The notes under the pieces were generated by a model that was not told where the DNA came from, made no database searches, and saw only the letters and a list, made by a program, of their open reading frames with translations. From Squalus acanthias (taxonomy: Eukaryota): DNA of 64,000 bases. This document shows, one piece after another, positions 38,842 to 47,009 of the stretch. Each line of letters starts with the position of its first letter. Within the stretch, counting starts at the first letter, position 1. Both the position numbers and the translations under genes were made by a program. The stretch spans positions 38,750,001 to 38,814,000 of the forward strand of contig CM059443.1 in the NCBI GenBank assembly GCA_030390025.1, in the 5' to 3' direction.

Positions 38842-40532
38842 TGTAGAATTCGCAATATATCGCGATTTTATAAATAAGGAGAAAAACACATAGTTTCGTT
38901 CAAACAGCTTTATTTCAGCAGAATGCTGTCAGGTTTTCAAAGTGGACACAAGCAGCCTGTAAGATGGCCGCCACGCCTCGTGGCAGAACATTCTAGACTT
39001 TTCGATAAGCAGACAAGATGGCGTTCCAATAAACATTTGTGCGAGATCGATCAAGACTCAGCACATTTGAGATAATACACGAGACATTATGGGTTTGCAG
39101 TATACACATAAATACTGAAATCGGTCTCCCAGGTGCGAATAAAGGGGCTATTGTACCAAGCGATCAAGAACCCATCCAAAGACATTAATATGCAAAATCC
39201 CCACGACTCTACGATGAGAGAGCCGTTTGCGGGTAGTTACAGAAAACATTTAGAAGCCCCAAAACCCCTCCAGGGAGAATACCGACCGGTTACACATTGG
39301 AAAAGTATTAACAGGTACTCAGACAGTTACGAGTATCCCCGAAACCCATTAAAACGGAGATCACCTTATACAAGAAATTTGAGCGCCAAAACCCTAACAA
39401 AAGAAAAGACATTAAGGTTGGGCGGGAAAAGAAGAGTTTCAGCACTATAACTGTAAAACTACAACCGTCCATCTTTCTCTTATTCTTATCCTCTTGCCGC
39501 CTTGCTCTTATTCTCCTGCCTCTTGCCGCTTGCATCGTGCCCCTGCCTCTTGCAGCTCTTAAAGACTATTGAACTTTCCGATCCGCCAGGATCAGCCTCG
39601 TGGCTTGCCGCGAAGATCTGTGTGGAACTGGGCTGTGAAGCCTTGAAACGGGCACACCATCCCGAGAAGTCGGTATACGGTGTTGGAATCGAAGGCCCGA
39701 GATGAGATGAGATGAGATGAGATGAGATGAGAAGAGAAGAAGACGACCATACGTATCGCCACGGTCAGTAAGCCCCGACCGCGCCTGTAGGTCGAATAGA
39801 CACTTTCCTTGCCCAGGAAGACCATCTTTGAGTTCTACAGAACTGGCATCAGAAGACTATTCTTCGAATTTTATCGCATCAGTGCGAGGGCACAGGAAGA
39901 CTCTTTTTTGAGTAGTGTCGGAACTCCGAGGACAACACAGATCTTCATGACAGCAGACGGTCCAGCCTGCTAGCCGGAGCAGAAACGAGTAAACAAGTGG
40001 GGTACAGAGACCCCTGATCAACACGTGGGTGATCAGGTGCTGCGGTAAAAACATCCGAGCAGAGTTTTCGGAATTCTCCGAGTTATCACGAGTGGTGAGC
40101 ATGAGTCTCGATCCTACAAATCTAGTTTAGAGCAGGTATTGATAGGGGAGGGTTTAAGTTTTAAGGATAACTGTAATGTGCGCCCCCATTTACGATGTGT
40201 CGTTCGTTCCTCGTTTCCCTGAAATTAGTTACATAACTGCGTGTAAGATTGTATTGTCATTAATCTGTGCTTATGACATGTATTTCGTAATCTTGAATAA
40301 TATGCAATAAATATGTTCCGTTTCGTACCATTCAACCGGGTCTACCTGAGTTTTCTCTCCATTATTGCTCTCGCATCTAAGTCCAGTGTCAGAACCGTAA
40401 GGGCGAGTGGGTCGAACCACTCACAGGTGTCTAGTGCTCCCAGACTGGCTGGAGACCAGAACAGGCAACAAGGCCTAACCTCGCACTAGCACCCAGGCTG
40501 AGCACAGAGCCACACAAGGCAAAACCCTTACA
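38842..40532 (+). repeat. 5' LTR (1691 bp)
   Basis: TGTAGAATT...CCCTTACA. GC box gggcggg at about 39420, TATA-like tataa at about 39446, AATAAA at 40306, (GATGA)6. Confidence 0.97.
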
Positions 40533-40536
40533 GAAA

Positions 40537-42342
40537 ATGGCGACCGTGGCAGGACACTGGCAGCGAGAGGGTAATGTGTTAGACTTTGGTATGATTGGGC
40601 GAAATGTCATGGAAGAGAGAATAGCAGATTATGTGTTCGGAAAAGTAAATTTGACTAAGAAATGGATAAGTGACCTGCTAGTGGATAAGTGTCCACTAGA
40701 GGCAGCCGAGAGGTGGACAGATAGCAAGGAACACAAAAAGACAGTGGAGAAAGCGGTCTGGCTGATGTGCTATAAAAGACAAGTCCAGATTTCGGACCAG
40801 GTCATTACAGCGCAAGCAGCTCGGATCAGGCATTTAGAGGTGGAAATGGACGAGAAGGTCACTGGGGGGCAGTTGCTCATTACGAATTTAAATGCGTTAC
40901 ATCAAGAACGCCAGGTAGTCACCAGCCACCATAAAGCAAAAATAGATTACCTCGAGTGCCAGGTCACTGAGACAAAGTTAAGTGAGGGCAGACTAAAGGA
41001 ACGATGTGCCCGCCAAGCTGCCCAAATAAAAGCCCAGGAAGAGAGCTTAACGGGGGTTAGGGCGGCATATAAGATGGCCCTCGAGGATAAATTTCAGGGG
41101 GCCGATCATAGCGTCTGCCAAAAGGAGATAGAGCACCTTAAAAGGGCCGTGAACAAAGCGCACGGCATGGTGTGCCTTATCAGTCCGTCAGCACACCAGC
41201 CGCTAGTGGATGAGGAATTTCAGAAATTCCCACCGAACAAAGCAGAGGAAGTATTAGCCACTACGCCCTCCGCGCCACCCAGCTATTCGGAAACCTGGGT
41301 GAGGGAGAAAGTGGTAGAAGTAACGAAAGAGCCCACCGAGGTAGAAGTGGAACCGGAACTGTTGTGTCCGGTCACGGGTATAAAAAGGGGCCCGAACAGA
41401 GACGGTGGGGAACAAGGGGATCTCCTCAACCAGCTTGTGTTGCCTCACAGCTCACACCAGCTGAGGATTATGATCAGTCACGTACCGAAGCTGGCCGAGT
41501 CAGACGACCCTTCCGTACATTTTAGGGAAATAGAGCAAACCGCAGCCATTAACGGCTGCGACGATGGGGAAACAGCAAAGATGCTGTTATTCTCATTAGG
41601 TAGTTCGATCCTTCAGTGTCTCTCAGACGAGAGCAAGAGGGGAACTAAGACCTATGGGGCACTAAGAAATGAGGTCCTAGAAGTATTGGGAGCGGACGAT
41701 GAAGGTCCGTTTGTTAGACTGGGACAGACAGTGCAGATGGAGGGAGAACCCCCGAAGGTTTTTGCCGACAGGCTGTGGCCAGTGTACCAGCGTAGCTGCC
41801 CAGGTGCGCCAGAGTGCGCCGATGTCACAGACACCGGTTTAACTCATTGGCTCAGGTGTATAGTAACCAACAGTTTGCCAGCCGTCAGGGAGCAGGCAAA
41901 AGCGTGGTTTGATCCCACTGACCCCGCCACTACAGAGGAGTCGGTCCTAAATCGACTCACGGTGGGGTACCGTAATACCAGAAGTATGGGAGCACGTCCC
42001 CTTAAGGGAAAGGTGCATGAGGCACGACCCGCAGCCCCGGCTCAAAAGGAGTGGCATCAGGAGGGTAACCGCGTCCCACAAGCCAGTAATGCTTGTTACG
42101 GATGTGGGAAGACAGGGCACTGGCGCAAGAACTGCAGGAACCCTTGGAAGGATTCCAGGGATAAAAATCCCGCAGCCCGAGCCCAGGCGCCTGTCTCTGA
42201 TAGGGAAGCTAGTGCACCCATCCCTCCCGACGCGATCGAAACAGTGTTGGGAGCCATGCGTAACCTCATGAGTGCGCATGGAAAAGTGGCGGTTGCTACC
42301 GGCCCCGCAGGTGCCACAGGCCCGTCTAATAGTACCCAATGA
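40537..42342 (+). CDS. gag: Gag (601 aa): coiled-coil N-terminus, PSAP/PPSY late domains, capsid-like region, CCHC zinc knuckle
   Basis: Long intact ORF directly after the LTR; PSAPPSY; CYGCGKTGHWRKNC. Confidence 0.92.
   Translation: MATVAGHWQREGNVLDFGMIGRNVMEERIADYVFGKVNLTKKWISDLLVDKCPLEAAERWTDSKEHKKTVEKAVWLMCYKRQVQISDQVITAQAARIRHLEVEMDEKVTGGQLLITNLNALHQERQVVTSHHKAKIDYLECQVTETKLSEGRLKERCARQAAQIKAQEESLTGVRAAYKMALEDKFQGADHSVCQKEIEHLKRAVNKAHGMVCLISPSAHQPLVDEEFQKFPPNKAEEVLATTPSAPPSYSETWVREKVVEVTKEPTEVEVEPELLCPVTGIKRGPNRDGGEQGDLLNQLVLPHSSHQLRIMISHVPKLAESDDPSVHFREIEQTAAINGCDDGETAKMLLFSLGSSILQCLSDESKRGTKTYGALRNEVLEVLGADDEGPFVRLGQTVQMEGEPPKVFADRLWPVYQRSCPGAPECADVTDTGLTHWLRCIVTNSLPAVREQAKAWFDPTDPATTEESVLNRLTVGYRNTRSMGARPLKGKVHEARPAAPAQKEWHQEGNRVPQASNACYGCGKTGHWRKNCRNPWKDSRDKNPAARAQAPVSDREASAPIPPDAIETVLGAMRNLMSAHGKVAVATGPAGATGPSNSTQ
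40538..40555 (+). promoter_or_regulatory. Primer binding site, tRNA-Arg(UCG)-type
   Basis: TGGCGACCGTGGCAGGAC, 5 nt after the LTR. From recall, 17/18 complementary to the 3' end of vertebrate tRNA-Arg-TCG (GTCCTGCCGCGGTCG+CCA). Confidence 0.8.
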
Positions 42343-45300
42343 CTAGAGTCCGCGCAGCCCGTCTACCTGTGTCCGCTCAGCTATGATGCGTGGAAGCGAC
42401 CCCTGGTGGAAATGGAGGTAGAGAAACAGAGGGGTAGTTATTTGTTGGACACGGGAGCTTTTTGCACCGTGATTCATACAGATAGCCCTTTTGACTCACC
42501 GCTATCTACCAAGGTCCCATTCACATTAGCGGGGTTCACGGGAAAAGAACAGGCTGGCGCGTTCTCCCTTCCGCTATCCATTCGTTTAGGAGCACTCCAC
42601 ATCAAGTGGAAGTGCATACTGATGAAATGGCATGAGGGGGGTGGGAGAGGTATCCTCGGGTCCGATCTCCTATCAGGGCACGGGATCCTCGTGGACCTCA
42701 GGAATCACTGTCTCTGGGGGGCTAAGGGTGGAGACGGCGAGGTTGTGGTAATTCCGGGGGAGGAAGAAACAGGGGTCCTGTGTACCATGAAGCCATCCGG
42801 AGGCTACGACCTCGGGCTTATGGTCGCGGATGTCCCAACGGACATGCAAACGTACGTGTCAAATAATATGCACGCGTTTGCAACCCACAAGCACGATTGT
42901 GGGAGGGTTACCGGGTTTGAGGTCAGCGTAGATGGGGACCCCATGACCCGGCCCCAAAAGCAGTATAACTTCCCCAAAGAAGCAGAACCCGATATGGAGA
43001 CAGCAATGTCCTCCTTGGTGCAGCAGGGCGTGTTGAGGCCGATAGCCACACACGTGAACTCCCCATTATGGCCGGTTAGGAAGCCGGATAATTCGTGGAG
43101 GGCCACGGTGGACTACAGAGTCCTTAACAGTAACATTCCCGCTTGCGCGCCCACGGTAGCAGCAGTCGCTGACCTAATAGGGAGTATCCCAGCGTCCGCG
43201 ACTACGTTCATGGTGCTGGATATCTCGAACGGTTTTTGGTCCATCCCGCTGCGGCAAGAAGACCAGTACAAGTTTGCCTTTACTTTCAAAGGACAACAGT
43301 ACACATGGAACTGTCTGCCACAGGGTTTCCACAACAGCCCCAGTATTTTCCATCAGTGTATGGCAGGAAGTTTAAAGGAGTTTAGTCAGCCCAATCAGAT
43401 AGTGCAGTACGTGGATGATTTGCTCCTATTTACGGACTCAAGGGAGGAGCATGGACCACTGCTGGCCGAGTTATTGGAGCTGCTAGCGAGAAAGGGTTTT
43501 AAAGTGAACCCTAAGAAAGCACGTATTGGTCAGGAGGAAGTAAAATTCCTGGGGCTGACCATTCGCGCTGGGGAAAGAGCCATAGATAAAGCTAGGAGGG
43601 AGTCGGTGCAAGAGTTACTGATTCCCAACACCATAAGGGGTGTGAGGTCCTTTTTGGGACTGACCGGTTACTGCAGGGATTTTATCGAAGACTATGCGGC
43701 CACAGCGGCGCCGCTGCTCCGACTCCTCCATAAGGGAGTGGAGTGGTCTTGGGACGAGGGCTGCCAAGCAGCCTTCGAGAAGTTAAAAAGGGATCTGCAG
43801 ACCGCGCCAGCTTTAGGGGCCATAGATGGGGGGAAGGAGTTTTTCCTGGAGGTAGCTGCCAGCGGGGACAGCTTAAGCGCTGTGCTGCTCCAAGAGCGTC
43901 ACGGCAAGCTGAGGCCGGTTGTCTATTCGTCCAGGGTGTTAACGGATGTGGAGAGAAGTTTCTCCAATTGCGAAAGGCACCTTTTAGCCACGCATTGGGC
44001 TGTGAAAAGATCAGCGATCTTCACAGGGCTCTCTCCCATCACTCTCCTCACCCATCACACACCAACTAAGATGCTTCTAGATGGGAGGATTAAAGATGGG
44101 ACCGTAAGCAGCGTGCGTATTGCGCGCTGGACCCTTCTTCTTTCCCAGATGGATCTTAGGGTTAAAGGTCTTTGTGAGCCCAGGCTTGCGGCCAATTTGG
44201 TATACCCCGGTTCCAGCACAGTATCTGCTGGCGAACGACTCACAGGGTGTGGAGTTTATGACCCTGCGGCAAACCTTGCCCTGGCGATTAAGCTCCCCAG
44301 CACCATGAGCGCGCAGCAGGCTGAGCTGTCTGCAGTGGTGTACGTCGTTACCCACCCAGAAATTTTCCCAACCCCATACACGATTTGCTCAGACAGTATG
44401 TTCACATGCAATTCGTGTACGGAATACCTGGCCATTTGGTCCCGCCGTGGATACACCTCCGCGGACGGGCGACCTTTAACGGTGAAGCCCTTGCTGGAAA
44501 AGATCCTAGCAGCAGTAGGGGAGGAAGGGGAGATTTTCATCCATAAGGTGAAGGCTCACTCCTCCACAGAGCCCCGTGGGGAGGGCAACCAGCAGGCGGA
44601 TGCGCTAGCCAGGGAAGGTGCCCGCAACGGCATTTTCTGGGACCCCTATGGGCCCAGACTCATGGCAGCGATCCAAGGCAGGGACGGGAATCCCGGGAAC
44701 ACCAGGGTAGCATTGCCCCTAGACCTTAAGACCGTCCAGAACCAGGATCCCGCCCTAAAAGCAGTCCTCAAAACCCTTGCTGAGGGGAAGCAGGTAGAGG
44801 GTCCGTACAGTACGGCAACCCTCTCCGTTAAGGAAGGCATGCTGTTCCGCGAGGAGCAGTGGGTTGTGCCACAGCAGCACAGGAGGGAGTTCCTCCAGCT
44901 GGCTCACGAGGGACCAGGGGCAGGGCACCCCGGGCCCGAGGTTACCTGGCAACGGGTAGAGCAAGCGGGATGGTGGCCGGGGCTCAGGGAACAGGTCCGC
45001 GAGTTCTGTGCAAGCTGTCTCGTATGCGCTGCAAATAACCCAGACCCCCAGAAAAGGAAAGTGCCCATGGGGCACGTCAGGAGGGTAGAGGGACCATGGC
45101 AGTCGATACAGATCGACTATATAGGGCCCCTGCCCACCACCCAGGGAGGCTATAAATACTGCCTCGTCTTGGTGGATGTGTTTTCCAAATGGGTGGAAGC
45201 CTTCCCCTGTCGAACAGCTACGGCACTGGGTACTGCAAAAATCTTGGTCCGGGAAGTGTTCTCGCGGTGGGGACTCCCCCGTTTTGTGGAGTCAGACCAA

Positions 45301-46743
45301 GGGAGTCATTTCACCGGCCAGGTGATGCAGAACACCCTCATGCTTTTGGGCATTGAAGGGAAATGGCACGTAGCACACAATCCCCAGTCATCCGGGATTG
45401 TTGAACGCATGAACCGGACCCTGAAGGAAAAATTGAGGAAAGAGACTACGAACTCGCCCCAAAAATGGGCGGAGGTTCTGCCTTTAGTCCTCATGGGGGT
45501 CCGGGCCAGTCAGTCGAAAAGTACGGGGTATTCCCCGCACGAGGTGATGACTGGGAGGATCATGCGAACCCCCACCCATGTGCTAGCGCCGGTGCTCACT
45601 GAGGGTCAGCTCCAAGAGATAAGCAGGGACAAGTTCGCCCAGACCCTCTTGGAGCGCCTGAAGCAGGTTTATGAGCAGGCGGCTGGGAACATGGGAAGGC
45701 AGCATCAGGGCAATCGCCTGTTGCTGGAACCCCGCAGAACGCGGGAGTGGGAAGTAGGAGACCAGGTCATGGTCAGGAACTACGCCAGAGTAGGGAGTCT
45801 GGAACCACTGTATATGGGACCCTACAACATTGTAGATAAGGCGAGTCCCATGGTATACGCCGTAAAGGTACCTCGGCGCACTAAGTGGTTCCACGTAAAC
45901 CAGTGCAAACTGTACAAGCCAGGTGCACAAGGGCCAACCACAGGGGCAAAACCTGCGAGTGGGGACTCGCAGCCCCAGGTAGGACCACAGGGCACACAGG
46001 CAGGCAAAGCAGCTTGCATCAGGGAAGGGGACATCCTGGAAAATTGTGAGACATTTTTGTGGGGTTGGGAGTCAGATGAGGGAGAGTTCGAGGAGCTCGA
46101 CGAAGATGAGGATAGTGAAGGTAGTGACGAGGAAGAGCTGGAATCGGAGGACGAAAGGGTCGCCCCCGATTCAGGTATAGGGGGGACAGGGGCTGCAGAT
46201 AGAGATCCACACAGGGTGGAAACCGAAGCTGCAGGTCCCGAACACAGGGGGGAGGAGCCAGGGGAGGCGGAGCCAGCCGCTGTGGGACCACAGGGCGTGA
46301 CGGTGGAAGCCTCACAGCCCGAGCCGCCCGCCTTGAACGTCCTGCCCTCGGGGGAGGTAGGGACTGCGAGTGAAGGGCCGCCTGCTGGGCCGAGTAGGGC
46401 GGTGCCACAAGCTGCAGGTCCCGAGTTCAGGGAGGCGGAGCCAGGGGAGGCAGAGCCAGCGACTGTGGCTGGACCACAGGTCGCCACGGTGGAAGTCTCG
46501 GAACCCGGTCCGTCGGTCCTGGGATTCCTGCCCCCGGTAACTCTCCGTAGGTCAGGTCGGATACCCCAACCCAGGAAGATATGGTCAAGTCCCCAGACTG
46601 TCCCAAGGCGTAGGCTCAAGGTTAAGGCAGCCCAGGGAGAGCCCAGTCCCAGCGCAGCAGCAACAGGCTGCGGCAGATCAAAGGGAGGGGTCAATGCCCT
46701 CCCACCGTCGGGAAGAGCTCGTGGCAGCCTTTTCAGAATTTAA
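42343..46743 (+). CDS. pol: Pol (PR-RT-tether-RNase H-IN plus long acidic/Pro-rich tail), in frame with gag after a TGA stop
   Basis: PR: LLDTGA, GILGSD. RT: VLDISNGFW, LPQGFHNSP, YVDD. RNase H: SAQQAEL, SDS, KVKAH, GNQQAD. IN: HHCC (AH..GH..CLVC), QIDYIGP, SDQGSHF, GIVERMN. Confidence 0.96.
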   Translation, partial: LESAQPVYLCPLSYDAWKRPLVEMEVEKQRGSYLLDTGAFCTVIHTDSPFDSPLSTKVPFTLAGFTGKEQAGAFSLPLSIRLGALHIKWKCILMKWHEGGGRGILGSDLLSGHGILVDLRNHCLWGAKGGDGEVVVIPGEEETGVLCTMKPSGGYDLGLMVADVPTDMQTYVSNNMHAFATHKHDCGRVTGFEVSVDGDPMTRPQKQYNFPKEAEPDMETAMSSLVQQGVLRPIATHVNSPLWPVRKPDNSWRATVDYRVLNSNIPACAPTVAAVADLIGSIPASATTFMVLDISNGFWSIPLRQEDQYKFAFTFKGQQYTWNCLPQGFHNSPSIFHQCMAGSLKEFSQPNQIVQYVDDLLLFTDSREEHGPLLAELLELLARKGFKVNPKKARIGQEEVKFLGLTIRAGERAIDKARRESVQELLIPNTIRGVRSFLGLTGYCRDFIEDYAATAAPLLRLLHKGVEWSWDEGCQAAFEKLKRDLQTAPALGAIDGGKEFFLEVAASGDSLSAVLLQERHGKLRPVVYSSRVLTDVERSFSNCERHLLATHWAVKRSAIFTGLSPITLLTHHTPTKMLLDGRIKDGTVSSVRIARWTLLLSQMDLRVKGLCEPRLAANLVYPGSSTVSAGERLTGCGVYDPAANLALAIKLPSTMSAQQAELSAVVYVVTHPEIFPTPYTICSDSMFTCNSCTEYLAIWSRRGYTSADGRPLTVKPLLEKILAAVGEEGEIFIHKVKAHSSTEPRGEGNQQADALAREGARNGIFWDPYGPRLMAAIQGRDGNPGNTRVALPLDLKTVQNQDPALKAVLKTLAEGKQVEGPYSTATLSVKEGMLFREEQWVVPQQHRREFLQLAHEGPGAGHPGPEVTWQRVEQAGWWPGLREQVREFCASCLVCAANNPDPQKRKVPMGHVRRVEGPWQSIQIDYIGPLPTTQGGYKYCLVLVDVFSKWVEAFPCRTATALGTAKILVREVFSRWGLPRFVESDQGSHFTGQVMQNTLMLLGIEGKWHVAHNPQSSGIVERMNRTLKEKLRKETTNSPQKWAEVLPLVLMGVRASQSKSTGYSPHEVMTGRIMRTPTHVLAPVLTEGQLQEISRDKFAQTLLERLKQVYEQAAGNMGRQHQGNRLLLEPRRTREWEVGDQVMVRNYARVGSLEPLYMGPYNIVDKASPMVYAVKVPRRTKWFHVNQCKLYKPGAQGPTTGAKPASGDSQPQVGPQGTQAGKAACIREGDILENCETFLWGWESDEGEFEELDEDEDSEGSDEEELESEDERVAPDSGIGGTGAADRDPHRVETEAAGPEHRGEEPGEAEPAAVGPQGVTVEASQPEPPALNVLPSGEVGTASEGPPAGPSRAVPQAAGPEFREAEPGEAEPATVAGPQVATVEVSEPGPSVLGFLPPVTLRRSGRIPQPRKIWSSPQTVPRRRLKVKAAQGEPSPSAAATGCGRSKGGVNALPPSGRARGSLFRI

Positions 46744-47009
46744 AAGGGCCGCCCTGGGAACGGGCGGCGCTGTACAGTAATAAGTTTAGGATAAGTTTAT
46801 AGTTTTAAATCGGTTTAAGTCGGTAGTTTAATTTTGTTTAAGGAAGTAAAATGATGGGAGTTTTAGAGATAGGATTAGTTAAAGTTTATCCAGCGAACAT
46901 TGATGCTTACGTGAGGTGAGGTCAGGGGACCCGCTCACCCTTCACAAAAGCCAGAGACTCTTGCGAGGCTGGCTACCTCATTCTATCTGATCCCAGGAAC
47001 CAAGGAAGG

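Noticed and set aside
39133-39450. 105-aa ORF in the LTR (and its copy at 50103-50420) as an accessory gene
   Set aside because: Non-ATG start and no recognisable motif; its duplication only reflects LTR identity.
45822-46694. 290-aa antisense ORF over the integrase tail
   Set aside because: Non-ATG start; explained by GC-rich low-complexity sense codons.
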